A DNA stretch of 64,000 bases, taken from contig NW_027362769.1 of the NCBI RefSeq assembly GCF_046119375.1, positions 360,344,001 to 360,408,000 on the forward strand. Direction: 5' to 3'. Below, piece after piece: positions 11,165 through 24,950 of the stretch. How positions within the stretch are numbered: the stretch's first letter is position 1; every line of letters begins with the position of its first letter. This DNA comes from Phyllobates terribilis (lineage: Eukaryota). The position numbers and the translations under genes are program-made. The notes below the pieces were generated by a model. It did not search any database. It worked only from the letters and a program-made list of their open reading frames with translations, and was not told the origin of the DNA.

Positions 11165-13260
11165 TTATGTTACACTGCTATCATTCGGTGGTGTAGAGAA
11201 GTCTTGCCCAATCCATCCCTTGTTTATTTTTATAAGAGTCAACATGTCAGCATTTTCAGTTGACAGGCAGAAGCGCTTATCAGTTATAATTCCACCAGCG
11301 GCACTAAAAACCTGCTCTGATAAAACGCTGGCGGCAAGGCAGGCCAGGACCTCCAAGGCATAGAGAGCCAGTTCATTCCACGTATCCTGCTTGGATACCC
11401 AATAATTATAAGGCACAGCGGAATCACAGAGGACGTTGGTACGGTCGGCAAGGTACTCCCTCAGCATCTTCCCAAACTTTGCACTCCTTGTGAGAGTACC
11501 CCGCACCTCAGGGCCTGTGCGATGGGAGGGTCTGAGAAAACGCTCCGAGAACTTTGACAGTGTTCCTGGCCTCAGCTGGATTGGAGTTGTGTCTCTCTCG
11601 CCTGTACTCCTTGGTTATCCAACGAAGTGTGCCCTCTGCTGCCAGCGTTTTCAGATGGGAATTTTTTTAATAGTTCCGCAACAAGGGCCTTCTGGTACTG
11701 CCCCATTTTTGTAGACCTGTCCGCCTCAGGAATAAGAAATATAAAGTTCTCCTTGTAGCGTGGGTCTAGAAGTATCACCAACCAGTAATGACTGTCACCC
11801 AAAATTTTGAGAACGCGAGGGTCATGGGAAAGGCAGCGTAACATAAACTCAGTCATGCGTGCCAGACTACTAACAGGCAAGACTTCCATGTCCTCACCAA
11901 GAGGATGACTGACCATGCTCTCCTCCTCCTCCTCTCTGTCCTCTGGCCATCCACGCTGAACAGACTGTATGACAGCTGAGCAGGTAGTACCGTCTATAGT
12001 GCATGAAACTAGCTCCTGTCCTTCCTCCTCCTCCTCTTCCTCATTGTCACCCAATCCATGTTGGGATGAGATGAGGCTTGGCTGTGTGTAATCACCCTTT
12101 ATGGTTCCTTGCTCCATCTCTTCGTGCTCCGCCTGCAATGCATCCACTTTGATTGTGAGCAGAGAGAGTTTCAGAAGACAGAGAAACGGGATGGTGACGC
12201 TAATTATGGCGTCATCGCCGCTCACCATCTTGGTGGTGTCCTCAAAGTTTTGGAGAATGGTACATATGTCTGACATCCATGTCCACTCCTGAGGTCTTAT
12301 GTGTGTTGTCTGAACTGAATACCGATGGCCTTGTTGATGCTGGTACTCAACAGCTGCCCTTTTCTGCTCACAAATCCTTCCCAACATCTGCAATATAGAG
12401 TTCCAATGCGTGGGGACATCACACACCAGTCAGTGAGCCGGAAGCTGCAAATGCTGCTGAAGCATGATAAGGGCGGCAGAAGCTGTAGGTGACTTTCTAA
12501 AATGGGAACACAGGCAGCATACTTTGACAAGCAGATCAGGCAGCTCTGGGTAGGATTTGAGAAATCGCTGAACCAGGAGGTTCAGCACATGGGCCAGGCA
12601 TGCTACGTGTGTGAGTTCGCCTCACCTCAGAGCAGCAACCAGGTACCGGCCCATGTCACACACGACCATGCCTGGCTGTAGGTTTAGCGGTGTGAGCCAC
12701 AGAACTGCCTGCTCTTTCAGAGCTGTCCACAACTCTTCAGAATTGTGCGATTTTTCACCTAAACATATTAGCTTCTACACAGCCTGTTACCGCTTGGCCG
12801 AGGCAGTGCTGCAGTGCTTCCAGGTTGTGATTGTGACTGATGTGGTAATTTCGGAGATGGAGGCTGAGGTGCATTAGCTGTAGACTGTGGGGGCAACCCT
12901 GATTAATCTAGGACCCGCGATCCTTGGCGTCGGGAGGACTTGTTCCGTCCCAAGGTCCGACTGGGTCCCGGCTTCCACTATGTAAACTCAGTGTGCTGTC
13001 AGCGAGATGTACCATCCCTGCCCACAAGCACGTGTCCATGTGTCCGTGGTTAGGTGGACTTTCCTGGTAACTGCGTTGTTGAGGGCACGGCTAATGTTTT
13101 GGGATACGTGCTTGTCTAATGCGGGGACGGCACACCAGGAGAAATAGTGGCAGCTGGGGACCGAGTACCGAGGAACGGTCGCCGCCATCAGGTTGAGGAA
13201 TGCTTCCGTCTCAGCGAGCCTAAAAGACAACATTTCTAGCGCAAGCAGTCGCGAAATGTG
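11165..13260 (-). pseudogene. Fragmented hAT transposase (catalytic region through the hATC dimerisation domain)
   Basis: VHLTTDTWT (first catalytic D), CDVPTHWNS, LLDPRYK, and C-terminal WNELALYALEVLAC.AASVLSEQVFSAAGGIITDKR. Broken by stops and frameshifts. Confidence 0.9.
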
Positions 13261-13269
13261 GGACAATAC

Positions 13270-14667
13270 ACAAGCACGTGTCCCAAAACATTAGCCGTGC
13301 CCTAAACAACGTAGTTACCGGAAGAGTCCACATAACCACGGACACGTGGACAAGTGCTTGTGGGCAGGGACGGTACATCTCGCTGACGGCACACTGAGTT
13401 AACATAGTGGAAGTCGGGAGCCAGTCGGACATTCGGACAGAAGACGTCCTCCCAACACCAAGGATTGCGGGCCCTAAGTCAATCAGAGTTGCCTCCACAG
13501 TCTACAGCTCCTGCACCTCATCCTCCTCCTCCATCTTAGAAATGACCACATCAGTCACAAGCTGGAAGCACTGCAGCATTGCCTCGGCCAAGCGGCAACA
13601 GGCTGTGCTAAAGCTAATATGCTTAGGTGACAAACCGCACAATGCTGAAGAGTTGCGGACAGCTCTGAAAGAGCAGGCCGATCAGTGGCTCACACCGTTG
13701 AACCTACAGCCAAGCATGGTCGTGAATGAAAATGGCCGGAACCTAGTGGCGGCTCACACACATATCATGCCTGGCCCATGTGCTTAACCTCGTGATTCAG
13801 CAGTTTCTCAAATCCTACCTGGAGCTGTCGAATCTGCTTGTTAAAATATGCCACCTGTGTATCCATTTTAGAAAGTCACCTACAGCTTCCACCGCCCTTG
13901 CCGTGCTTCAGCAGTGTTTGCAGCTTCTGGTTCCCAGATTGGTGTGTGATGTCCCCACGCATTGGAACTCTACACTGCAGATGTTGGGAAGGATTTGTGA
14001 GTAGAAGAGGGCAGTTGTTGAGTACCAGTATCATCAAGGCCGTCGGTATGAAGTTCAGACTCCACACATAAGACCTCAGGAGTGGACATGGATGTCAGAC
14101 ATATGTACCATCCTCCAAAACTTTGAGGACTCCACCAAGATGGTGAGCGCCGATGATGCCATAATTAATGTCACCATCCCGCTTCTCTGTCTTCTCTCAC
14201 AATCAGAGAGGATGCATTGCAGGCGGAGCACGATGAGATGGATCAAGGAACCATGTAGGGTGATTATACACAGCCCAGCCTCATCTTATCCCAATGTGGA
14301 CTGGGTGACAATAAGGGAGAGGAGGAGGAAGAAGAACAGGAGCTAGTTTTATGAGCTATAGATGGTACTACCAACACAACTGTCATACCGTCTGTTCAGC
14401 GTGGATGGCCTGAGGACAGAGAGGAGGAGGAGGATAGCATGGTCAGTTGTCGTCTTGGAGAGGACACGGAAGTCTTGCCTGTTATCCGTATGGCACACAT
14501 GGCTGAGTTTATGTTACGCTGCCTTTCCCGTGACCCTCAGGTTCTCAAAATTTTAGGTGAAAGTCATTACTGGTTGGTGACACTTCTAGACCCACGCTAC
14601 AAGGAGAACTTTATATCTCTTATTCCTGAGGCGGACAGGTCTACAAAAATGGGGCAGTACCAGAAGA
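13270..14667 (+). pseudogene. Second, inverted hAT transposase fragment (C-terminally truncated)
   Basis: Reverse-complement match to 11690-13115, with CDVPTHWNST, MSDICTILQNFED and LLDPRYKENF. After ...MGQYQK it jumps directly to sequence matching the reverse complement of 10075-10190. Confidence 0.9.
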
Positions 14668-15570
14668 ATAGTAAAGGTCGCCTGATGGCCCTATAAAAAT
14701 AGGCTTTGCGACTTTCAGAGTCCCTCCTTCATAAATTAAACAGGATGTGTCTGATCATGTCTCACACACCACATGGCCACATATGGTTGTAAAATGTTAA
14801 AATGACATTTCCCAATGAATGCATTTGTCATGTTTGAAAGCAATGCAAAAGTGCAATAACGCATGAAAAACGCTACGTGTGATCATAGCCCAAGGTGTGG
14901 AGGAGTATTTTTGGTTTTGGTTATTTATTTTGCCTTATATACAAGTCATTACCCTGGAAAGGATGTTCCTTAACATATTTGACAGGAAAATGCATTTTGG
15001 TTTAGTTTTTGTATGTTTTATTGTGAGTCCGTAAAAGTGGCGTAATACCTCTGACAACGTTGTTGACACCAGTGACCTGGGAGTCCGAAATGCTGTTCCC
15101 ATAACATTTGAACACTGTTTCCATCGATGTGGGCAATTTTTAGGCCCTCTGCAGACTTGCGGGGGGAGCCACCTGAAAAATGCTCGAGTTTCCCATAGAC
15201 TTACATTGTGCTCGTTGCTCGGGTCGAGCACCCAAGTATTCCAATGTGCTCGACCCGAACAACGAGCTGCCGAGCATTTTAGTGCTCGCCCATCACTAGT
15301 GAGCTGTTATTAATAGGCTGGGAAGATTCATGGATAGTGAGCCCTTCCCGGCATAATAACACCAGACCCCAGCTGTCTGCTTTCCCTAAGCTGATTAAGA
15401 AAAATGAGGAGGACACCACGCCATTTTTTCTTTCTTTACTAGTTAAATACATGTACAGTAAGCTACACACGCACTGCGCTAATTATATATCTCACTGATT
15501 TCTTTCTATCTATTCTATGCATATATCTAGTCTATCTATTCTATTCTGACGGGTCACACTGTGCATATAC

Positions 15571-16024
15571 ACTCATGGTCTGTGTGCCGATTTTTTTCTC
15601 GCACCCACTGCTTTGCATTGCTGAGTCTCGTCCGATATATGCGGCCACTCGCAGCATGCTGAGATTTTTTCTCCGTCCAATTCGAGCTGAGAAAAAAATC
15701 ACAGATGAACACAATCATTCAATAACATTAGTCAGAGTGCAATCCAATTTTTTATTGAATTACACTCGTCCGATTTAAATGCAGATGACTATGAGCCCTT
15801 TGGGTTCGCTCACATCTATGTGTAAATCCGGCGATTCCAATGTGAGAAAAAAAAATTGCATTACACTTGCACCAACGTGATTCAATAAGGCAGTGTTCAT
15901 CTGTGAGATTTTTTCGTCAGGGGGAAATGGGTTGAGTAAAAAAATTGCAGCATGCGAACGCCTGAGACTCACCAATGCAAGTCAATGGGTGCGAAAAAAA
16001 AAACGGACGGCACACGGACCATGA
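15571..16024. mobile_element. Hairpin-like MITE
   Basis: Long imperfect terminal inverted repeats CTCATGGTCTGTGTGCCG...CGCACCCA...GAGTCTC and the reverse complement, with further internal inverted segments. No ORF. Confidence 0.65.
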
Positions 16025-16835
16025 GTACTCCGTCCTTTTTTTCTCGCACACATCTCAGTAAAGACAGGAAATGTCATCAGCCAAGTACAATAAATCCACA
16101 GCAAAACCCTTAGAATAGATAGATAGATATCCTGTAGATATTTAATGTCACAAGCCCCCTACATATAATAAAGTAGCACTCTTTAGTGCCCTTCATATGA
16201 TACTAAAGGGTGTCTAGGCTTATTTAACCTATTTAATAAAAAATAGTCTAAAAAAAATGACGTGGGGCCTCCCTATTTTTAATAACCAGCCAAAAGACAG
16301 CAGACAGCTGTTGGTAAGGAGACAATTTCCATGCACCTTTCCAGCCTATTAATATCAGCCCCCAGCTGTCTTCTTTGCCTCTGCTGGTTGTTAAAAATGG
16401 GGTAAACCTAAAAAAATGACGTGGGGACTCCCTATTTTTAATAACCAGCCAAGTGACAGCAGACAGCTGTTGGTAAGGGGACAATTTCCATGCACCTTTC
16501 CAGCCTATTAATATCATGGATATTGTAGTAAAGATCCCTGTGATGGTGACAAGAGCCGGGAATAGGAGGAACGAGCTCCCGCAGCAGTTTTATCTCCCCG
16601 GATACACAGTGATGCGCAGATCGGGAGGACGGGGGTGATGATCCCGGGACCTCCTCTCGGCTCTTTCCCGGCATCTCTGCTGGTGACGGCTACAAACGGT
16701 CAGTGGAGATGATGGAGAAGAGGAAGCGACGGAGAAAGCGCGCTCTGCTGTCCGGTGTTAGCCGGTAAAGGGCTTTTATCCCGGGCAGGGAAGCACAAGG
16801 GGAGAGCGGAGCTTCACTCGGGCTCAGCTGGGAGG

Positions 16836-16926
16836 AGGCGGGGCCTGTGCTCAGTGTCAGCCAATAGATGCTCAGGACGATGCTGCTCATCAGCCAATCA
16901 GTGCGCAGTAAGCCTGTACATATAAC
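16836..16926 (+). promoter_or_regulatory. H1 promoter
   Basis: GC box near 16836, CCAAT at 16861 and 16894, TATAA at 16921-16925 (about 70 nt upstream of the ATG). Confidence 0.75.
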
Positions 16927-16996
16927 AGGCGCCTCCAGCTCCGGCCTCAGTGTTTTCCTATCAGGAGATATTTGTGTTCTAGTTCCGCAGCACACG

Positions 16997-17641
16997 ATGG
17001 CCGAGACCGCACCAGCCGCCGCTCCCCCTCCCGCAGAACCGGCCGCCAAATCCAAGAAGCAGCCGAAGAAGTCCCCCGCCGGGGGCGCCAAGAAAAGCAA
17101 GAAACCCTCCGGTCCCAGCGTCGCCGATCTGATCGTGAAAGCCGTGTCCGCCTCTAAGGAGCGCAGTGGGGTGTCTCTGGCCGCCCTGAAGAAGGCTCTG
17201 TCTGCCGGAGGATACGATGTAGAGAAGAACAACAGCCGCCTGAAGCTGGCCGTCAAGTCTCTGGTCACCAAGGGCGCCCTCCTCCAGGTGAAGGGCAGCG
17301 GCGCCTCCGGGTCCTTCAAGCTGAACAAGAAGCAGCAGGAGACTAAGGACAAAGCGGCCAAGAAGAAGTCAGCAGCTGCGGCCAAGCCCAAGAAACCCGC
17401 TGTAGCCAAGAAAGCCGCCAAGTCTCCGAAAAAACCCAAGAAGGCTCCGACCGCGGCCAAGAAGAGCCCGAAAAAGGCCAAGAAGCCCGCAGCAGCGGCC
17501 AAGAGCCCCAAGAAGCCAAAGGCCGCTCCGAAGCCCAAGAAGGTGATGAAGAGTCCGGCTAAGAAAGCTGCTAAACCCAAAGCTGCCAAGAGTCCTGCTA
17601 AGAAGGCAGCTAAAGCCAAGAAGCCCGCAGCTAAGAAATAA
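16997..17641 (+). CDS. H1: Linker histone H1 (214 aa), replication-dependent somatic type
   Basis: [18 protein letters not shown]..., globular domain [46 protein letters not shown]...[14 protein letters not shown], and a Lys/Ala/Pro tail with SPKK motifs. Intronless, with stem-loop. The in-frame ATG at 16868 lies upstream of the TATA box and is not used here. Confidence 0.97.
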   Translation: MAETAPAAAPPPAEPAAKSKKQPKKSPAGGAKKSKKPSGPSVADLIVKAVSASKERSGVSLAALKKALSAGGYDVEKNNSRLKLAVKSLVTKGALLQVKGSGASGSFKLNKKQQETKDKAAKKKSAAAAKPKKPAVAKKAAKSPKKPKKAPTAAKKSPKKAKKPAAAAKSPKKPKAAPKPKKVMKSPAKKAAKPKAAKSPAKKAAKAKKPAAKK

Positions 17642-17671
17642 GCCAAAACCGCCCTGTTATTACCCCACAAA

Positions 17672-17687
17672 GGCTCTTTTCAGAGCC
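17672..17687 (+). terminator. Histone 3' stem-loop (H1)
   Basis: AAAGGCTCTTTTCAGAGCCACCAC. Confidence 0.97.
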
Positions 17688-18428
17688 ACCACCTTGTCCC
17701 CTTCCGAGTTGTATGATCAGTGCCACCACCTTGTCCCCTGCAGAGCTGTATGATCAGTGCCACCACCTTGTTCCCTGCAGAGCTGTATGATAAGATCCAC
17801 CACCTTGTCCCCTGCAGAGCTGTATGATCAGTGCAACCACCTTGTACCCGGCAGCGCTGTATGATCAGTGCCACCACCTTGTCGCCGGCAGAGCTGTATG
17901 ATCAGTGCCATCACCTTGTCCCCGGCTGAGCTGTATGATCAGTGCCATCATCTTGTCCCCGGCAGACCTGTATTATAAGTGCCACCACCTTGTCCCCGGC
18001 AGAGCTGTATGATCAGTGCCACCACCTTGTCCCCTGCAGAACTGTATGATCAGTGCCATCATCTTGTCCCCGGCAGAGCTGTATGATCAGTGCCACCACC
18101 TTGTCCCCGGCACAGCTGTATGATCAGAGCCACCACCTTGTCCCCGGCATAGCTGTATGATCAGAGACACCACCTTGTCCCCGGCATAGCTGTATGATCA
18201 GAGCCACCACCTTGTCCCCTGCAGAGCTGTATGATCAGAGCCACCACCTTGTCCCCTGCAGAGCTGTATGATCAGTGCCATCACCTTGTCGCCGGCAGAG
18301 CTGTATGATCAGTGCCACCACCTTGTCCCCTGCAGAGCTGTATGATCAGTGCTACCACCTTGTCCCCGGCAGAGCTGTATGATCAGTGCCATCACCTTGT
18401 CCCCGGCTGAGCTGTATGATCAGTGCCC
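17684..18428 (+). repeat. 37-bp minisatellite x20 built from the H1 post-stem-loop/HDE segment
   Basis: Unit TGCCACCACCTTGTCCCCTGCAGAGCTGTATGATCAG; GATCAG-type motif from 17715 to 18418 at a 37-bp period. Confidence 0.96.
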
Positions 18429-18844
18429 GTATATCCTGCCGCTTCTAGATTATAGTGTTTTCATGGAGCGGCTCCAGTGTTATAATGAATAAGCTTTTCC
18501 CCACATCTCCGCATAGAGCTGCGCTGTGTCCCGATCACACCAGTGCAGGTGACCGATCAGTGTAATCAATGGAGGGAAGGGGCCGATGTCCTACAGAAAT
18601 CTACATCATCCTAATCAATCACCACTTGTAACCTGCGTCTTTATTAGTGAAAGGATTAGTGTGCGGTTATTACTTCGATGTGAGAATTGGAGAACCAGTG
18701 ATTTGACTGATGATAGAGTAGACCCTGTACAGCTCAGTGACATCGGCGGCTCCTGCTGTAGAAGCCGCATGTAGACATGGTGTGACCCTGTGCCAGTATC
18801 CGCAGCCAGAAAAGAGAGAACAGAGACCCTGCCCCTCTTTTTGA

Positions 18845-19459
<615 letters not shown>

Positions 19460-19490
19460 ATCCGTCCTACACGTCTGACTATAACACAAA

Positions 19491-19532
19491 GGCTCTTTTC
19501 AGAGCCACCAAATCCTCCATAATAACGAGCTG
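19491..19532 (+). terminator. Histone 3' stem-loop plus a single HDE (H3)
   Basis: GGCTCTTTTCAGAGCC at 19491-19506; ACGAGCTG at about 19524-19531. Confidence 0.93.
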
Positions 19533-20254
19533 ATCCCTCACATCTGCTTCATATTCTGCTGAGTATTCACTTGTGCTCAGTAACATCAGGGGCGCTCAGT
19601 TCTCTTCTCAGTCTGCAGTTGGTATCTGGGGGGATTATTCCCTCCAATGCAGTTATAAGGGTGTGTAGAAATGATCTGATGACTACACGAAGTACATTCT
19701 ACTCATTCAACCACTTAATATTCGTATCCCCACTAGTTTTCGCACCGATCCTGCCGCACATCCAATAATATCAGCTTTATATAATGTATTAGGAGTCTGG
19801 ACTGTGTTTTGAAGGAATAAATGCGCAGATTTCTTGGTGTATATGATGCGATCATTATAGGACGTCCATTATCCAGCGCTATCTCCTGTGAACACTCGCT
19901 GACTCCTATCAGCCGCACGGGTCTGATCCTGGAAACGTATCAGGGTTAAGAGACTAATATCCTCTGCAGCTCTGTAGTAGGTTTATCTAGATAATATTAA
20001 CCTACATTTTATAAAATCCCCGCCTCCTTCTTTCAAAGTTCTCTGTAAACTGCAGTATCTCGTTTCTTTATATTCCCGGCACTCGGAATATTGCTGGTGT
20101 GATGGAGTCACCATTGTTAGAATCAGTTCTGCACTTTGTGTTATAGAAAGCGGATACTTTTCCCTCGATCCTGGAAATGATAGAAATTCCTGTATGGAAC
20201 CAAGAGACCATTGATCGCTCAACACAAGCAAATTTCCTGATATCCGACCGTCCT

Positions 20255-20421
20255 GAAACCACGTGATCCAGAAGGACAAAGAACAGAAAAAGCCATCAGC
20301 CCCTGAGCGGGAACTTCCTATTCGGTAACTATTAACATTAGCTCCTCCCCTTCCTCTGCTGATTGGCTGAACACAGGACGTTAGGGAGTTTGAATTTCCC
20401 GCTCCTTGTAGTTTCCGCAGC
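20255..20421 (-). promoter_or_regulatory. Dispersed copy of an H4-promoter-like module (E2F-like GCGGGAAA, CCAAT, E-box)
   Basis: The reverse complement of 20336-20421 closely matches 21336-21422. The reverse complement of 20255-20421 also matches 29041-29170. Confidence 0.55.
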
Positions 20422-21335
20422 TTCTACATGTAATTGTGTTACTACTTCTGCTGTGAAGAGAAGTGTCCGGTCTATAGATAAACTCCACTGAGCACATTCA
20501 TGTAATCACCTTCCAGATCACAGTGTATTCTCCATTGGATATGGGACCACTGGAATGAGAATCAATCAGCTGCTCAGTGATTATGTTATTTATACGGTTC
20601 CTTTTTTATTTGCCCAATCTGAGCTGTTGTCATTATCTTCTACAGGAAGATAACAAATGTTCTCTAAGTGCAAATCCTCAAATGAAGAAACAAGTGATAT
20701 CTGAGTTTTATGATCTCTGTCAATTACAATACAAGTGTTATTAGGAGAAAGTAAATATTGTCATTTCTGATGAGCGGAAAATCCCAGTGGTGGCAAAATA
20801 TTAAGAGTATCTGAGCAGTGCTGCTGACCGCGGCTTCCTCCCTGCACTGTCCTTAGAAGAGGCAATAATCCTGGCTGCCACAATCCTCCTCTGATCGTGT
20901 CCAGGCATGGTCACATGCTGCTGCTCCTGGCAAATCACCGCACCCCAAGAGCAATTCTATCAGAAGTGACAAGCCCGTTTTGGAAACGTCACAGAGCTCA
21001 GTCAGGATCCTATAGATTAGTCACCGGGAGCAGCCAGAATGTCACATGTATTAATACATGTAGATTGTACAGAATGAAGCCATGGCAAGGGATGATGAGG
21101 GGAGTAGTAAGATGCGGAAATGACCATGGAGATGTGAATAGCATGTTAGGAATATGCTGGTATGATGGAAGTGGGGGTTAATCACTGTCAGTGCCGCTAT
21201 CTGTATATTCAGCAGTGATCTGATGCTTCTACTCAGCTTCATCTCACTTGCAGGAGGTTGGTGTCGTGTCTGCCCTTTTATTTATGGACTGTATCTGACA
21301 CATTTCTCATCACAGGGAAAAGATATATATTAGAC

Positions 21336-21857
<522 letters not shown>

Positions 21858-21889
21858 TTGTATTCTCTGCTCCATCCTGACAACCCAAA

Positions 21890-21905
21890 GGCTCTTTTCA
21901 GAGCC
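21890..21905 (+). terminator. Histone 3' stem-loop (H4)
   Basis: AAAGGCTCTTTTCAGAGCCACCAC. Confidence 0.96.
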
Positions 21906-22171
21906 ACCACATCTTCTAAGTGAGAGGCTACAATCTCCTGTTGCTGTGCCGGGAGCTGATCTCTACTGTGCACTGGTGATCTCTGTATTCTGGCTGGTGG
22001 ATCGCTCAGGTGTCCGGTTCTCATCAGTGTAAGTTTTGTTCTTCCCATATTGTGGAGAACGGCGGACAGTGATTCTATCACTAGTGAGATAACACTGATC
22101 CGCGGTTACTACAGAACATTGGATCCAGGTCCTGCAGTGAGAAGAGTGTGACTACTACATATTTCCACATC

Positions 22172-24950
22172 AGATTATTATTATAGCGCCATTTATTCCA
22201 TGGCACTTTACATGTGAAGAAGGGGTATACATTAAGAGCAATTACAATAATCTTGAACTCCATGTGACTGCGACTGGTACAGGAGGAGCGAGGACCCTGC
22301 CTGCGATGGCTCAGTCTACAAGGGATGGGTGAGGATACAGTAGGTGAGGGTAGAGCTGGTCGTACAGCATTATTTGTGGAGTGGTGGTTACTGCAGGTTG
22401 TAGGCTTGTCGTAAGAGTGGGTCTTCACGCTCTTTTTGAAGGTTTCCACGGTGGACGAGAGCCTGATGTGTTGGGGTAGAGAGTTCCAGAGTAGGGGAGA
22501 CGCACGGGAGAAATCTTGTATGTGATTGTGGGAAGGGGCGATAAGAGGGGAGCAGAGAAGGAGATCTTGTGAGGATCAGAGGTTGCGTGCGGGTATGTTG
22601 CGGTAGAGTAGGCAAGATATATGTGGAGGAGACAGGTTGTGAATGGCTTTGTGTGTCATGGTTAGGGATTTTAACTGGAGTCTCTGGGCAATGGGGAGCC
22701 AGTGAAGAGATTGACAGAGAGGAGAGGCTGGGGGAAAAGTGGATTAGTCAATGGGCAGCCATTGACGTTGATAGGTCAGTTGGGGGGGTTGAATGAGATG
22801 GCGGAAAGATGATGAATTCTGTTTTGTCCATGTTAAGTTTTAGAAATCTAGCAGAGAAGAAGGATGAAATAGCAGACAGACATTGTGGGATTTTGGTTAG
22901 TAAGGAGGTGATATCAGGTCCAGAGAGGCAGATCTGTGTGTCGTCAGCATAGAGGTGATAATGAAAGCCATGAGACTCTATGAGCTGTCCCAGGCCTAAG
23001 GTGTAGATGGAGATGAGCAGGGGTCCTAGAACTGAACCTTTGGGAACACGGACAGATAGGGGGTGAGATGAGGAGATGGTCTGTGAGTGAGAGACACTGA
23101 ATGTCCTGTCTGTTAGATATGAGGAGATCCAGGATAGGGCCCAGTTTGTGATCCCGAGAGATGAGAGTTTTTAGTAAGAGGGAATGGTCCACTGTGTCAA
23201 AGGCAGATGACAGGTCTAAGAGGAGGAGGACAGAATAGTGTCGCTTATATTTGGCGGTTAGTAGGTCGTTGGTAACTTTGGTCAGTGCAGTTTCAGTAGA
23301 ATGGTGCGGTCGGAAACCAGATTGTAGGTGGTCGAAGAGGGAGCAGGAGGAGAGGTGGGAGGACAGCTCAGAATGGACGTGTTGTTCCAGTAGTTTTGAG
23401 CCATAGGGGAGAAGTGATATGGGGCGATAGCTAGACAGAGGATGGGTCAAGGGAGGGCTTTTTGAGGATGGGTGTGATTGAGGCATGTTTGAAGCATGAG
23501 GGTAAGACACCAGTTGTTAGTGACAAGTTGAAGAGGAGGGATAGCGCTGGGATGAAGATAGTGGTAAGGTTTGGGATGAGGTGGGACGGGATTGGGTCAA
23601 GTTTACAGGTGGTGAGGTGTGATTTGGAAAGCAAAGAGGAAAGTTGATCTTCCGTAATGGTGGAGAGTGTGGTTTTGAAGGAGGAAGGTTGAGTAGGTGT
23701 GGGGAGGGGCTGTGGGGGCTTTAGGCAAAAGCTTTGTCTGATGGTGTCAATCTTCTGTTTGAAGAATGAGGCAAAGTCTTCGGCTGAAATAAGAGGAGAG
23801 GAAGGAGGCACTGGGGGACGGAGGAGAGAATTGAAGGTGTTGAATAGTTGTTTGGGGTTATGAGAGATGTGAAGTATGTTTGCTTTGCTGCAGTGAGTGT
23901 GGACTTGAAGGTAGTGAGAGACTGTTTGAATGCGATGAAGTGCTCATTGGAGTGGGACCTTTTCCATCTACGATCAGCAACCCTGGAGGCTCTTCGCAGT
24001 TCTTTAGTTAGGCTGGTGTGCAAGGGTTGTCTGTTTATTGTGCGGACTTTGGTATGTGTGAGGGGGTCGACCGAATCGAGAGCTGCAGCTGTTGTGGTGT
24101 TGTATAAAGTGGCTGCAACATCTGCATCATGTAAGGAACTAATGTCTGTAAGAAGGAGAAGGGATTCAGAGAGTGAGTGTAGGTCAAGGTGTTTGAGATT
24201 TCGGCGAGGGTATGCAAGTTTGTGAAGTGGGGATTGTTGCCCTGGAGAGGAGAGGGTAGAGAATGTAAGTAGGTTGTGGCAGAGAGAGGGAGAGGTGAGT
24301 TAGAGAGGTTAGATGGGGAACAGAGGCTGGAGAAGATAAGGTCCAGCGTGTGGCCGTCTTTGTGGGTGGGTGTGGAAGACCACTGGGTAAGACCAAAGGA
24401 GGAAGTGAGGGATTGAAGCTTAGAGGCGGCTGAGAGGGAAGTGTCAATGGGGATGTTGAAGTCACCCATGAGGATAGTGGGGATGTCAAAGGAGAGGAAA
24501 TGAAGTAGCCAAGTGGTGAAGTGGTCAAATAAAGTGGTGGCTGATCCTGGGGGGTGGTAGATGACAGCCAGTTGGAGGGGGAGTAGATGCGCACGCAGTG
24601 CACTTCAAAAGAGGGGAGAGAAATTGAGGGTGGCAGTGGAATATGGGCGAAGGAGCAGTTATCTAAGAGGAGGAAACCTATTCCTCCACCCTGCTTGCCG
24701 GTGGGGCGAGGGGTATGGGAGAGGTGGAATCCGCCATACGAAAGTGCAGCAGGAGAGGCCGTGTCAGAGGGGGTGAGCCAGGTTTCAGTGATGCCGAGGA
24801 AGGAAAGCTTGTTGGTGATGAAGAGGTCGTGAATGTAGGAAAGTTTGTTGCAGACGGAGCGAGCGTTCCATAGAGCTCCTGTTAGGGGGATTGGGGAAGC
24901 GGGGGCTGGGCGGATGGGTATAAGGTTAGAACGGTTATGAGAGTTTGGGA
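22172..24950 (-). mobile_element. Degenerate L2/CR1-clade LINE (APE endonuclease + RT), same family as 2300-4560
   Basis: Minus strand reads GALWNARSVCNK...GITETWL, MGDFNIP...[54 protein letters not shown]. Shares the 3' tail CCATGGAATAAATGGCGCTATAATAATAAT. Internal deletion near 22750 and several frameshifts. Confidence 0.93.

Larger units (their letters stand above)
8503..15298. mobile_element. Composite palindromic hAT transposon derivative (6.8 kb)
   Basis: Termini TAGTGATGAGCGAGCACTAAAATGCTCG and its reverse complement (27/28 match). About 550-bp inverted terminal arms (8503-9070 and 14745-15298). Transposase remnants on both strands. No 8-bp TSD recognisable. Confidence 0.88.

Noticed and set aside
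16868-16996. 43-aa N-terminal extension of H1 (also extensions for H4 at 21522 and H2A at 26882)
   Set aside because: The H1 upstream ATG lies 5' of the TATA box; the H4 and H2A extensions begin at non-ATG codons.
16690-17670. 326-aa antisense ORF over H1, and similar shadow ORFs over H3, H4 and H2A
   Set aside because: Expected from GC-rich histone codon usage; no independent promoter or motif.
20767-20780. CTGATGA-GCG-GAAA hammerhead-like core (also CTGATGA near 26421 and 30254)
   Set aside because: No stem II can form and no flanking stems I or III are present.
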